DNA of 64,000 nucleotides from Octopus vulgaris (GCA_951406725.2 OX597824.1:99200001-99264000); one strand, 5' to 3'. Counted from the first letter of the stretch, positions 50,524 through 64,000 are shown. Notes: generated from the letters alone by a model not told the origin. Made by a program: numbers and translations.

Positions 50524-53402
50524 CACACACACACACACACACGCACACACTCACACTCACACACTGTTTACTTTATCATCTACTGCTGAGCGTAAGTTTG
50601 ATGTTGTTTCAATCATAGTAACATGGAGAACTTCAGATGTAAAAATTGTCAAGTGTGTGTGTGACCAGGGTTGAATGGAAATAAATCTGAAGAGATGGAA
50701 GTTTTTGTTCTGTAAGATAAAGTAGAAGCTAACATTCTGTCCTTGTCTGCAGTTGCTATCAATGTATTGTCTTCTAAATATCCCTGTCCAATGCCGTTCT
50801 TCAGAGAAGCACAGAGATACATGATGATATATTTGTTGGAATTAGGATTATCAACTGTAAACAAATGTTTAGTTAGGAAAAGCCAGACTCTGTGAGGAAG
50901 CTAGGCTTCTCTAGAATGTGTCCGGCATCACCACCACAGACCACCAAAAAATTCATTACAATTATCCAAGTTTTTCTTAGATGTTGGATAATAAATCCGA
51001 AATAGATGTTAAATTGAAGACAAGTGAGAAGCTGTCATTATCCGAGTTAGAAGTAGTGAGGTGTGGGAATAGGAATGAATAGAAGAGAAAAAAGGGATAC
51101 AAAGTCAAAGTAGATATTTCAGACAGAACTATCCCACAGGAAGGAATATTTCAGAAACACAACAACTTCTGAAACATTACGGTAATAATTAGAGTAATAA
51201 TAATAATAATAATAATAAGAAGAAGAAGAAGAAGAAGAAGAAGAATTAGTATTTCAAATTTTTGCCACAAGGGCAGCTTGTGGGAGGATGAGTCCATTTC
51301 ATTGACCCCCAGTGTCCACCTGGTACTTATTTTATTGACCCTTAAAGGATAAAAGGCAAAGTCAACCTCAGCAGTATTTGAATAATAATAATAATAACAA
51401 TAATAATAATGAAATGAAAGAGCAACAACAGTAATTAGTTAAATTACTCAGAGTATAATTCGTAAAATAAGATAAATATTTCATGAAGAGAAAATGGTTT
51501 TCACTTCTTGTGGTATTTATCTTATTTTACTGAAACTCACCATTAAGTGCTTCCTTGGATTCTATCTGCCACCACACACACATGCACACACACACACGCA
51601 CACACACGCACGCACACATGCACACACACACACACACGCACACACACACGCGCGCATGCACTTTTCCTGTAGAAAATGTAAGCCAGAGGTCTGGTGATAT
51701 TTTTGACTGTCAGTCTTTGGAATAACAGGAATAGATAGTATAATAAAGTTGTCTTCTTTAGATTGTTATCATACCACGGGAGTCTGTCCTAATGTTGTGT
51801 AAGGGTGGGGGGGGTTCCGACTCTATTCAGGTTACTGAGAGGAGAGTCTGCAACTTGGTTTTGTTACTGTTATTTACACGCAAGTCAGTTCTCTCCCAGC
51901 AGATCATCCTCTCTTCAAATATATCCAAGGACTATGTTATCTAACATAAAGGGATGTTTTGTTGGTGATTGTCTCCAGATCAGCCTTGATCCAGTCAACC
52001 TACAATATTATAGACATATAGCTGTGATTATTCCATCTTTTATTTAGGCATAATATATCTTGGATTCCTTATCCAATGTGCCTCTCCTTTTTAATACAGT
52101 AGCATGCGATTTGAGATAGATTTCTAGTAGGATCCGCATTTCCATACAGACCTTCACTCTTATGGTTTGAAGACTGACAAACTGGTGAAGCAGTCTTTGT
52201 GTGGTCACTTTGCAGATAGAAATAGCAGTGAAATCTTCCTCAAGGAGCATGCTATTTAATGTAGGCCTATTTACTCATTAAAACATGATGGTCATAGGTG
52301 GAACATATGTGATCATAGGTCTGTTAAATCAGGGCTGATCTGGGGCTAGGCAACCTCCCAGATACTAAGTTGGTTCCAATGTGAATTGATCCCAGTTTTC
52401 CCCATTTAGAACACTTTGTAACAGGGCAAGCTTGTTATAGTTTCATTGTGCCCCATTTAATACTGACCTCCTGCTTGTCTTATCAAACAGCTCTGAAGAC
52501 AAAATAGTTTAATGTGTTGATCATTGATCCCTTATTTCTCCCCTCCTCCTCCTCCTCCTCCTCTCTCACTAATTCATTTAATCTGTTTCTCTGGAATATA
52601 TTCAGCATCATCACCACCATTATCATTATTGTCATAACCATCACCAACATCATTTTCACACCATCACTTCTTTAGCCATCATCACCATATCACCCTTGCA
52701 GTAACCAGCAGCACTATAAACACCACTGCATACAAGAGCATAACGATCAACATCATCAGCATCATCACTACTTTCACCACCGTCATCATCACCAGCACTA
52801 TCACCACCACCACCACCATCATCATCATCATTGTCATTATGGTTATCATTGTAAATTTTAAAGACTTGACTTAATTTATATAATTGCCCAATGTCGGTAG
52901 AAACTGTTTATCAGAAGGAAATCCACTCTCAACCACGGAAATGATATTAAGTTTTCGTATTGTGAAATCGGAGAGCTGAGATTTAGATGGATAAATGATA
53001 TCTTGAGTGAGGGACTTGCAGAGAAAAATCTACTTTGGACAAAAGGCACCAAAGTTTAACATTGACATGTGACTACTTAAGTGATGGTGAGAAAGAGGTA
53101 GTGTCCTAGCACCACCATTCTTTGGTTGCTCGAGGGACTTGAGTTAGGAGACTGATCTGATGACCTCATTTATTCCTTAAATTAACCTGAAAATATGCTT
53201 CTATATACAATTGTACATACACACACACACCCTCACACACACACACACACACACAGAAAATAAAACAAAACGTGAGAAACTGTGTATAAGATATTTAGTT
53301 ACAGCCTGATCCTCTGTACATTTTAGTAACAACACAAAAGGGAATAGACATGAAGTTTTCAATATTGGTCATTTGTCATGCAATTTAAGTTTCAAATTGC
53401 AC

Positions 53403-53555
53403 CATCATCATCATCGTCAGTTAATGGCCGGTTTTCCATGCTGGCATGAGTTGACAGGAGCAGGTAAGCCTTGAGACTGCACCAAACTCCACTATCAGCT
53501 AAAGTTTTTACAGCTGGATGCCCTTCTTAATGCCAACCACTTTACACAGTGGACT
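53403..53555 (-). mobile_element. RTE terminal module fragment
   Basis: (CAT)n..ttccatgctggcatg..cagctggatgcccttcttaatgccaaccactt. Confidence 0.8.
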
Positions 53556-54189
53556 CTGTGTGTGTAATGATACAGATTTTATGTTTAGCAAAGAGTCGCC
53601 ATTTTTTGCTAATTCCTTGATAGCTCCTGTAAAAGCAAAATATTTGGAATTTATTAAAATGCAGTCAAAATATTTCAGAGTATCTTTATGAAATCTATTT
53701 ATAACAAACTTGATTTCTCCGTGATGTCTGATGTCAAACAATCAGAGGCCAGCAACATTGTTCCATTTTAGTTAAAACATTTCTACCTAAAAAAAAAAAT
53801 TTTAAAAACTCACAATGAATTTTTAAAACACATCCAAACTTTTAGAGGGTTTCTATAGGGAAGATGATCCATTAACCATGACCATTTTCATCCCCCATGC
53901 TTTTGATCAATTCAGGAAAGAGCCAACTGGCTTTTCCAAAGGTCTTAATCTGTCAATTCCATTGAACACAAATCTATTTATAGTAAGTATTTAGGATGTG
54001 ATCCTACCTAAGTCTCTCTAATCGATTATTTTACCCATGCAATAAAAGTTAATGAAACCATAAATTATATCAGCAAATTTTCAAATCATCCAACCAACAT
54101 CAAGAAAATTTTGGTTAAATATAACTCACTGATATTTTATTGGCTGTCAGCAAACAAGCAGATGGTTAAGGATCACTCAACCTGCTGTC

Positions 54190-55345
54190 ACAAAGTACAG
54201 TTTAACCACCAGATATTTTTTTCAGCATCTCAGTGGTCATTCCCGATGGGCCACAGGGCTTTCCCTGTCTTCATATCCTTAATTACTTTATCTACCAAGG
54301 TACTGTCAATTCAGGTAGCTGGTCCCACAATTGGGTCAACATTTGGCAGACTCCTCCTCCTCCTCCCATTCGTTCTCCACATTCAGCAGTGTTTCATAAT
54401 GGCATCTCCAAGCTTCTTCCAGGCTTGTTTCTTTACTCTAATGGCCTTGTACAGTATTGTCCCACCACCACATTACCCTAAGTCTGGAAGGGACTTTGCA
54501 CCAACCACAGATTTGGTCTGTGGCACTCAGCAAGCTGTCTCGCATGAATTCATAGCTGCCCTCTATGTCAAGTTTGTAGCTCCCCTCCCTCTCATCAAAT
54601 TTCTCAATTAGGATGTCCCTAAATCCCTGATCATATTGAAGGGTCCTTAAACTTCCAAATCTTTCTTTCCCAGATTGGTCTGCTTCTTGGCATCCTTCCA
54701 ACCTGGAGTCCAAAGTTTCTAATGGCTAGTCTATCCTGTAGGGAGAGGTACATTCTTCACCAGGGAAGATCTTTTCATTTAAGAGCAACCATGCATCCCG
54801 CTGTCAGGTGAGAATGAAATCAATCTGGCTAACAGAGTCACCTGACTGATAGGTTATCAGGTGACTGGCTGGCTTCCTGAAGTTGGTGTCGCTGATCAAA
54901 AGGTTATTTACATCACAGAAATCCAATAGCCTTGTTCCCTCTTTTTGTTTTGGGAACCAATTCCCTGACCCCCATGAACACCATGGAAGATACCAGGCTG
55001 CCATCCAACATGCCCATTGAAATCCCCAGCCATGAAGATGAGATCATTGTCACTCGTCTTTGAGGTAGCCTGCAGAAGAATATCATAAAAGTGCTCCTTC
55101 TGTTCATTTGGTAGGCCTGCTTGTGGGGCATAGGCAGATATAATTGTAGCTATACTATTCTGCAAGACTAGCCTGAGCTTAACTACTCATTCGCACACTC
55201 TGACTTCCTCTATGACCTTATCCACCCATTTCTCTACAAGAAGTATGCCCATACCATCTACTCTATCACTGTTACCTTCCCAGAAGATACCTATGTGTTT
55301 TGCCTGAAGTTCCTCTCCACCTTACCTCTTGGATGCAAATTCCTG
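54190..55345 (-). mobile_element. RTE LINE APE endonuclease region
   Basis: QEVRWRG, ISAYAPQAG, GDFNGHVG, EGTRLLDFC, TNFRKP..ITYQSG..QIDFIL, WWWD. Confidence 0.92.
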
Positions 55346-57883
55346 GAGTCTTTTTGTGACAATTGTGCAGATGTATGTGTATGTATACACACACACACAT
55401 ACATGTATATTTGTGTGTGTATGTATATATATTTGTCTATCTATAGACGCACATATATATATATATATATATAGGTGTATGGATATGTATGTGCATGTAT
55501 GTATGTATATGTCTGTGTGCCTGTATGAGGTATATACTTACAAACGAGTGTATAAGTTAGCATATCCCTTTATCTGTACGTATGAACATATATGTATTTG
55601 GACAGGCACACATTAGAGGATGAATGTGTGTATATATCTGTTAATACATGGATTGCCCTGAATATAAGCATTCTGTTGAAACACATATGGAGATTGAATG
55701 AGTAGATGTATATACTTATGTCTGTGTATATTTGTATTTAACCATATATTTGCAAGTGTATGGGTAAGCAAGAATGAATGTGCATCTGTGTGAACAAGTG
55801 TATGGATGGCATGAAAGAATAATGCAAGCAGGGCAAAGCAGATGTGAAAACAACGATGATGATGATGATTTTATTTCTATCTTTATATATAAAATTTTAT
55901 AAAGACAATTTCAAGCGTGACTTTGAAATTTTGGCTTTCTTTACTTTACCAGACAGTGATCCAAAGTCACAGGTATGGAAGCTTAAGCAATGCATCTGTG
56001 GGCTGACTGATGCACCTCTGTCAGGGTGTAAAGAAGGTCACTTAGGTACTGATCCAATTGGGAGAAGTAGTAAGTGTTTCTGACAATCTTTTATTTCTCT
56101 GGTCTGGTGATGCAAGCAGAAATTGGTCGATCACTCTCCTCCCACCCTGATGACTTTGATGTGGTTAATGATCAGTTTGGCCATCTTTTTCACAAATGTA
56201 TGGAGGAAAACTATGGCCAAAGATTGAATTCCAGAGATAACTATTGTGGACTGAAAGAATTGTAAGATATGTTTAGTGTTGTCTGAAAGACAAGACACAC
56301 TAAGGAGCAAAAGAATTGAGTTTGGGAGACCCTTTCTATGCACCCCTATGAGACTGAAGCTGTCACTGATGCCCTACCAATCTACTTGATTAGAGAAGTG
56401 TTTATATATTTTATGTCATACTTCCATGAGAAATACAAAACAAACATCGAATAAATGACTGTTATGATTTCATGTGTTGATAACAAGCTGTACATACTTG
56501 AAGGAAATCTTTGCAAACTCAGCTAGGTCGTATTGTGTGCTTATTTGAGGCAATGTTATGTTTTTAATAGTAATTTTCATAGTAATAATAATAATGATAG
56601 TAATAATAATAACAACTAGCTAGACACTGCTTGTAAATGTTGACTCAAGGCTTTGGAAGAAAATAGAACCGTACACGAATTGTTTTCCCTCCTCTTCTCA
56701 AGCCAGGTTTTTTTCTCTTTTTCAAAGTCATTAATTTAAGCAACTTCACTAACTTCCTATGCTAAGTTATTCTAGCCAGTAGACCACCTTCATGGGGAGT
56801 ATTTTTAGACTAATAAAGATGGAAGCAATTTTCTTTCCATATGTTGATGTCTTTGTGTGTCAAGTTCGGATTGAACATGCCATCTCTATTCTTATAATCA
56901 CTAAATTTTTAATTAATCTTTATTTAAGCATCTACCACTGATTGTTCAATCATTCTTTTGGCATAAAAGGAGCCTGATTTTAGATGTAGATGAGAAAGGA
57001 GAGACAGAGAGACAGATTGAGGAAGAGGATTAGGAAAGAGATATTAAAATACAAAGTGAATCTTTTGTGTGCAATCAAAACCAAAACTAGAATTAGACAC
57101 AACAGAATCTCATCTCTCCAATAGTTTAGATGTGGAATTCTTACTGAGTTCTGAATATTCAATGTTCTAGTAAGTAATAATACCATTTGAACAGTGAATT
57201 GATAAGGAAATCTTTGCAAGATGGTCATGGTTGGAATATTATAGTTCTGCTGAATGACTGATTAGAGCTAAATAACAATGAAATATATACCAGATATACT
57301 TTATACAGCTTGCTGGGAATAGCAGTCAAATTTCCATCAAATCACACCCTGCCATCTTACAAAATGAAGGACACATTAGATGATCTGGTTATAGATACAT
57401 TGTGTCTGAATAACAGATTGGATGGCCACAGTTGGAACAACTTTGATTATGGGCCTACTGGATTTGGACTGACTTGAGACTAAACAACAGCAACAAAGCA
57501 AAGATAATGGAGCTTCTAGATACACTGTGTCTGAGTAAAATACATGAGGGTCATAGTTGGAGCATCTTTGATCAATGAAAACTCCAATAAAAGAGACTCC
57601 GTACAGTATTAAATCCTAATACATCAAACTACTGATTTCTGTCAAATAATTTAAAGTGTACGATAAATCTCATGAGCCTGAGTTTTTGTGAAATCCTCAA
57701 TATGGCTACACACTGGTCTCACATTCTAAAAGTTTCATATTTTGTTTAAAAAAATTTTTTGGTTTTAACCTCAGTGCAGTATTTCAATTAATTTTTTAAA
57801 ACATTTTGTAGGGCAACTTAGTTCTGTGTGAGTTTCTTTCAATTATAAATAATATTCATTCTGTGGGCAGAAAATAAGTTTAC

Positions 57884-57926
57884 AATCTCTGATGAGGCTG
57901 TAATAAATACTGAAACTAGTTAAATT
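57884..57926 (+). ncRNA. Minimal type I hammerhead-like motif
   Basis: aatct-CTGATGA-gg..ct-GAAAC-ta-GTT-aaatt; palindromic AACTAGTT; stem I aatct/aaatt pairs 4 of 5. Confidence 0.5.
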
Positions 57927-58599
57927 AATCTCTTTTTGTGGTCACAGATAGAAAACCCATGATTTAACCATAATAATATCTCCTTTCCACAACAAGGTTA
58001 AATAACCAATTTCCCAGGCAGGCTGCTTTCTTAGAGTTAAGAAGTCACATTTCTCCATGATGTAGGGAAGGTGCTTTATTGGCTATAATAAAAGTTGTCT
58101 CTTTTTCTACCAAGACCACTACACAATCATTACATAAAAGTAACAGAGCAGAATATATTGTATGAGCTGCTGTTTCTAACAAGTAATTTTGTCTCTGTAA
58201 GATGTCCCCTTCGCTCTGTATCAGCTTTTTTGACATGAAAAAAGCTTTAGTCATGTACTCTAACAAAGTCACAGTTTGTTTCTGTTTGTACTTCTAAAAG
58301 TTGCAATGTTGTTAGGATACAGTGTGAAATATATTTATGTCACACCTTTTACATGGACCAAGAACTGAGTTCTTCATTTGAAATCTGGTTATCACCTTGT
58401 CTTTCTAGTCCTTTTATTAAGTATACCAATATATACATGGAAATGCACCCCCCCCCCTCTCTCATGATCTCTCTCTCTCTCTCTCCTTCTATATATATAT
58501 ATATTATTGTGTTTGGGGAGAGTCATTCTGTTTTAATGCCTTATTAATTAACACACTCACCGCACCTGTTCAATTTCCACTCATTTACTTCTTTATATT

Positions 58600-58640
58600 T
58601 CCTAAAATTTCCGTTGCTTCTTGCAACCTCTTCAATGGTC
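58600..58640 (-). ncRNA. Hammerhead-like motif
   Basis: tTGAAGA-g-gttgc-aagaa-gcaac-gGAAA-tttta; 5-bp stem II; palindromic AAATTT. Confidence 0.45.
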
Positions 58641-61068
58641 GTTGACTCTGTCCAGCATTGAAGCTGCATTCTTTTTGTTTGTTTGCTTGTGTGCATGTGT
58701 ATACATGTGTATGTGTATACATGTGTATGTGTATACATGTGTATGTGTTTGTATGCATGTTAATGTGTGTGTATGTTTGACTGTGTCTGTGTGTGGGTTT
58801 GTGTGACTATGTACGTGTGTCTGTTATGTATGGATGTGTGTCTTCGTTTGCGTCCTTGTCTGTATGTGCATCTGTATGCTTGCACTCAAACACACATTAT
58901 CAAGAGAATTAGACACTGGACATTGCTCTATGTCTACTTTTGTTCACTTTCTCAAAATAAGGGTCAGCTAATTCCATAAATGTAAACTTTCTCAGCTGAA
59001 AGGATTTTTTTTATAACAAAGAAAAAACTGATTCTGGCTAAGATACATCAAGTCTACCATTGGCCACATACTTAGCATTTTTATCTTGTCGCAAAAGACA
59101 TACATGTCACCATTTTAAGGATGATTTAGCTAGATGTAATATAAGATTTAATTAGGTTGCTGTGTTTGCCCTGGATAAAGGTCAATGGTGAAAGAGAATT
59201 GGTCAGCATTGAGTGGACAATACCTCTTATGCAGTGGAAAGAGGACAGAAAAGATGAAGGTAATATGTGTGTGTGTGTATTGTTGTTGTTGTTGTTGTGT
59301 GGTTTGATGTGTGCATGTATGCACTGTGCATCACTGATAATGTATTTTGCAGATTTTACTGTTTCTATTTTTTTATCTGTTAATCCAACGAAAAACATCC
59401 TAAATTGATAACAAATAGTCATTTACGGCGCCATCTGGTGTCTGTTTATAAAGCTTGATGTCACCCCCTCTCCTATCCCTTACACACTTTCCCTCATACA
59501 TTGTTCTCAAATTATATAAACAGTCTATTGGTTGTGTGTGCAGTTTCTCTCTTCTTATATAACTTATGTATCATCAGTTTTGCTACATTCATAAACTGGA
59601 CTCTTTAAGTGTTGCTTCATGAAAACCATTGTACAAATGGTTTTGGTTTTGCATGTAATATTGGCTGTAGATATGCCCCATGGTTTTAAGTTTGATCTCA
59701 TTGTGGTGTATTCTTCTATCTATAAACTTGGCTTGACCAGTTCTTGCTTTGCATGACTGCAGGAATTTCATCTTTGAATGTAATAAACCTTTGGTTGTGA
59801 TAATTGATGTCTTTGAGGGCAGCAAATTCTCTCAACAAAATGTCACCTCTTGTCTCCCTTCATTAAGGGTATCATCAATAGGTTTAGCCAAGTCAGAGTG
59901 AAACTCTGGATAAACACACATTTTATTCATTATCTTTTTTATTTGTTATCTTTTTTATTCGTCATCTTTACTTCTAAACTGAAAATAAATTGGAACACAA
60001 TCTTCATGGAAAATTTTGATAATTAATAATAATACTGCTTTTGACCTGATGTGTTTGAAATAAATACAGTCGCATACTCACATGTGTTTATTACATTATG
60101 GTGCAAGTAATTATAAAAATTAGAAGGTATAAAAAGAGTGCTCAATATGTATTGTAGAGTTTTATTCTATTTATTCTAAGATGAGCAACTCCCCAACTCT
60201 TACTCCATATTATGTTTCTGGAAGATCAGAAAAGGGAAACTTATAAGGAATGATTTGAGAAATTTCCAGGTTACTGTAAATGTGTATGTGTGTGAGAGAG
60301 AGAAAGTGTATGGGTGTGCATGGGGTGGTGCATACATATAGGTGTGTGTTCTTTCATTCAAAAGCTTTGTGCAGACTTGCTGGGGCATGCGTGTTTATGT
60401 GCTTATACGCACACTAAGACAAAGCCATCCAATGTATACTGCTATATGCGCCTACGCACGCACACACACACACACACATTTAATAGAGTCTTTAACATAT
60501 TTGTGTTAGCTGGGGTGTCCTTTGTTATGTAAACAATAAGACGGGTGGTGGAGAGCAAGCAATGTTTGTCAAAAATAGCTGAAAATGAATGTAACAGACC
60601 AACTTCTTCTTTTCATTTCTTCCTAGTGAGTAGGGCTGAGAAGGGTGAAACAGGGAAGGGAGGTGGGGGCCAACAAAGGGGACAAGATGAAACTATGTCA
60701 GCCTTTTTATATCGTCAGAATAATAAATACTTATCTTTCGACTGTTCTTTTCAGTGATGCATTTATTTCATTATCCTTCTTCAAGTTATTCTTTCCTTGA
60801 GAACCATCATGAATCTCTTACTTCCAGCCTTCCTACCGATGTGTTTCCACCAACCTTAGTTATTCAGACCTCAAAGGAATAGTTTTCGAACAATTAGCTT
60901 GTTATTCTTGTTGTTCTTTTATGAACTGGAATAGTTTTTCTAAGTCTTGTTTATTGGAAACAACAAAGCCAACTTCCAGGTTTGTCAATCTCCTTTCTTC
61001 GCAACAAATGTTCTTTCATAAGCAAAACTATTGATTCCGTTTCTCGGTAATGTCTTTTATTCTTCCAG

Positions 61069-61202
61069 ATTGTCCACTCACCATCAGTTGTCACTACAAG
61101 ACAAACAGAAGACATGTTGGCACTGGTTTCAATGTATTTCTGTTTATCTTCGACAAAGACTCGAATACAAACAAGCAGCTGCAAGAACCGGATCCAAAAA
61201 CG
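61069..61202 (+). other. Candidate host-gene exon (134 nt)
   Basis: Acceptor gtcttttattcttccag| and donor ACG|gtaaaa; no stop in any frame; local CpG retention; phase-1 reading (x)CPLTISCHYKTNRRHVGTGFNVFLFIFDKDSNTNKQLQEPDPKT. Confidence 0.35.
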
Positions 61203-61532
61203 GTAAAACTTGAAACGAGATAAAAACAGACTTTATTCAATATATTGCTTTTGAGGAAAGTGGCCCTTGTTGATAGAATTATAATTAGTCATGATAATTC
61301 CAGCTTATCTCTAGATTGACTTTGGACCAAGTGGTTATTCATTAGACTTTAACAAGTCTTGAGCAAGTTTTTCCATGCAACATGTGGTTAGCAGCAGATG
61401 AAAGAGATGGTTTGATCAAAGAGATTTTGGAGGAAGGAAACACGGTGAAAAAAAAACCTGAAAACAGTAAGTTTTTCATTGAATTTATTTCATCGTTACA
61501 GTCTAATTAATTTCTTCAAAATTATAAAGGTC

Positions 61533-61570
<38 letters not shown>

Positions 61571-61576
61571 TATATA

Positions 61577-62863
61577 CATGGTCATCCCATAAATAATGTG
61601 TTTTTTTATACTTCTTTTATTTTTCAAAATTAAGTTAAACAAAGATCTTTTTTAATCTAAAATATACTCTCCTTCATTTTCTACAATCTCTTCCATCTAT
61701 CTGGTAGACTTGCAAGGCCTCTCTTCCAGAATTCACTTGGCCATAATGAAAAATACTCCTTCCATACTGTTCTGACCTCATCTACAGAATTCATATTTTT
61801 TCCGTCCTAATGATTTTGAAGACTGCGATATAAATGATAACCAGATGGGTTCAATGTCTGGTGAATATAGTGGGTGGGGCATTGTTTCCCATTCAAACTG
61901 CTCCAGCCTTTGGGATGTCATCCTCGCTGTATGTGGCCAAGCATTATCCTGATGGAAGAACACCTTTCGTCTTGAAACCAAAGATGGTCATTTTTCTTCT
62001 AGCATTGACTTAAGCCACTCAAGCTGCTCACAATAGATCTCCTTTGTTATCATTTGGTCTGGCTTTAAAAGTTCAAAGTGGACTAAACCTTTCATATCCC
62101 ACCAAACAGATAACAACACCTTACATGGATGAAGACCTTCTTTAGCCTGGGGTGCCAGTGTTTCTCCTTCCCCTACCCACTGTCTTTGCTGCTTGACATT
62201 TTTATAGAGAACCCATTTCTCGTCACCAGTCACTATTGGGTCCAAAAAAGGTTCATTCATGAGATGTGGCAGCAAAGAAGAGCACATATTCACTATCTGC
62301 ATATGATTAGACTCAGAAGGTTTGTGAGGAACCCATTGACCCAATTTGCTGACTTTTCTGATAGCATACAGGTGTCAATGAATGGTTGAGTGACCAAATC
62401 CAAGCTTCTCTGCTAGTTCCTCAACAGTTACAATGGGATTTTGTTTCACCAGGGTTTGCTAGCTGTCCTTGTCAAGCTCTACAGGTCTTCCATGATGAGG
62501 GTCATCTTCTAGGCTGTAGTTTCTGGCTCAGAATTTCTGGAACCACCATTGACACTGGCTTATGCTTATTGTCCAATCCCCGTATATGGCTTTAATACTC
62601 CTTGCACCTTCTGTTGCACTGTTGCCTTTATTGAACTCATAATGCAAAATATGTCGAATATGCTCCTTTGTCACTTCCATTATAGCTTTGAAAAAAAATA
62701 ACTTAAAATCGAACTGCACTCTTCAAAACTTATACTAAGAATAAGTACAAGGTAAAATTACTAACAGCTTTTATAGCAAGTTGATGCAGGTAGTTTATTC
62801 CACACCCCTCCAACTTTTAGTTCATGCAATTGAAAAAACTGCAGTATTTATGGGATGACCCTA
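61577..62863 (-). mobile_element. Full-length dead mariner (DD34D), copy B of the 40132 family
   Basis: Same TIR (ggtcatcccataaata), TA flanks and transposase motifs as copy A. Confidence 0.95.
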
Positions 62864-63015
62864 TATATATATATATATATATATTGGAAGGTTTGGAGAT
62901 GATGTACAGGTATTTTATATTAGAAGAAATGAGGTACTCAGAAAATCGGATAGTTTATATTTACAGATATTTATTTGTATATTACATTTTTTATACATCA
63001 TATAACTTAGATCAT

Positions 63016-63056
63016 GTATTAGCGCTTTCTCCCATTCTAGTGGGATTTTCAAATCA
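63016..63056 (-). ncRNA. Hammerhead-like motif in the pLTR downstream of the GIY-YIG ORF
   Basis: tTGAAAA-tccca-ctagaa-tggga-GAAA-gcgc-ta; palindromic AGCGCT; first core box degenerate; AATAAA downstream. Confidence 0.5.
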
Positions 63057-63175
63057 AACCAAGTTCCTGTGTGAGGAGTTCTGACCATTTTATAGTGGTA
63101 TTGAGTTTGTAGTGGTGGGGAGGAATATAAGACAGTACAAGAGGGTGATGGATGAGGAGAAAGTGAGAGAGAGAG

Positions 63176-63245
<70 letters not shown>

Positions 63246-63615
63246 TGTATTTGGAATGAGTGCTAAAGAAACAGAGGGGAATGGAGAGGGAAGAAGAAGA
63301 AAATAATTGTTTTGCTCTGCTGGACAGGATGCTTACTCCAAGGGGGGAGTCTAAGATCTTGGGGAAAAAGAATTTCAGTTTTGACCATTTCATAGTGTTA
63401 TTGAGTGTGTGGTGGCGAGGAGGTAGACCATAAATTATATTTCTTTTTATCATTGTGAGAGTGTGTGTGTGTTTAATGAGGGATGGTCAAATGGTTTTTT
63501 GGGTTTAGAGAAGAGGAATTCTTTTTATGATTGTTTTGTGTGTGTGTGTGTGTTTAATACAGTTTACTTAGCAAATTTGGTCCTTCATCTGGTACAGCTT
63601 ATCATAGAGATATTT

Positions 63616-63999
63616 TCAGCCATTTAATTTGGGGGAGAACTTAGCTATGAAATATTTTTCCATATTCCTTCTGAAAGAGGTGTCGTTTTTCGGACATTTG
63701 TAGAAACGAAAGATCTTAAATTTTCCTTCTCCACATGTATCTAGGTGTTTACTCAGTGGTATCTTGCGTAGTTCTTCCTGCTGAACATGTTGTCGGTGAA
63801 TCCTGGCTCGCTGGCACAAAGAATTACCAGTTTCACCTATGTAATCCTCCTTGCACGTGGGGCAGGTTATGCAGTATATAACGTTCTGCGTCTTGCAGTT
63901 CATATCTGCATTTACTTTAAATACGTAACCACTTTTAAATTTCATCTCTTTGTCTCCCTCTATGTATTTGTCAGTGGGGTTGCTGCAGATCCCACATCT
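63616..63999 (-). CDS. Penelope-like element GIY-YIG endonuclease C-terminus (ORF open to the window edge)
   Basis: RCGIC linker; NCKTQNVIYCITCPTCKEDYIGET..R..H..PLSKH..E..FI.KF.P.LN. Confidence 0.9.
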   Translation of the reverse strand, partial: RCGICSNPTDKYIEGDKEMKFKSGYVFKVNADMNCKTQNVIYCITCPTCKEDYIGETGNSLCQRARIHRQHVQQEELRKIPLSKHLDTCGEGKFKIFRFYKCPKNDTSFRRNMEKYFIAKFSPKLNG

Positions 64000-64000
64000 A

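Noticed and set aside
54111-54611. 166-aa + strand ORF
   Set aside because: Antisense to the RTE ORF2 remnant
55953-55972. 20-nt exon candidate (ttaccag|...CAG|gtatgg)
   Set aside because: Not frame-preserving and has no supporting context; chance occurrence is likely

Overview
AT-rich, microsatellite-dense eukaryotic DNA that reads as intronic or intergenic. The repeat families resemble those I recall from Octopus (coleoid cephalopod), which is an inference and not a database result. No intact host gene, rRNA/tRNA gene or CRISPR array is visible, and most ORFs in the supplied track are microsatellite or antisense-TE noise. The window is a stack of decayed mobile elements: about 15 pieces of one RTE-type LINE family, a BovB-like RTE, a CR1-type LINE, three R4/Dong-like RLE retroelements beside (TAA)n, four mariner remnants, a DD37D (maT) element, another Tc1/mariner remnant, two Penelope-like elements (GIY-YIG) and at least four SINE families. 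It also holds a 1.8-kb purine-rich 37-bp minisatellite and a (CTT)56 tract. Two or three isolated + strand exon candidates suggest a large-intron host transcript. The most notable observations are: (1) about 10 minimal hammerhead-ribozyme-like motifs, several with palindromic stem III and some in inverted pairs; (2) a C4HC3 PHD-like finger inserted inside the RT domain of the dominant LINE; (3) a modular tandem-hairpin 3' UTR in that LINE; (4) mosaic identity between two mariner copies 21 kb apart. All alignments and folds were done by eye, and TE boundaries are approximate.
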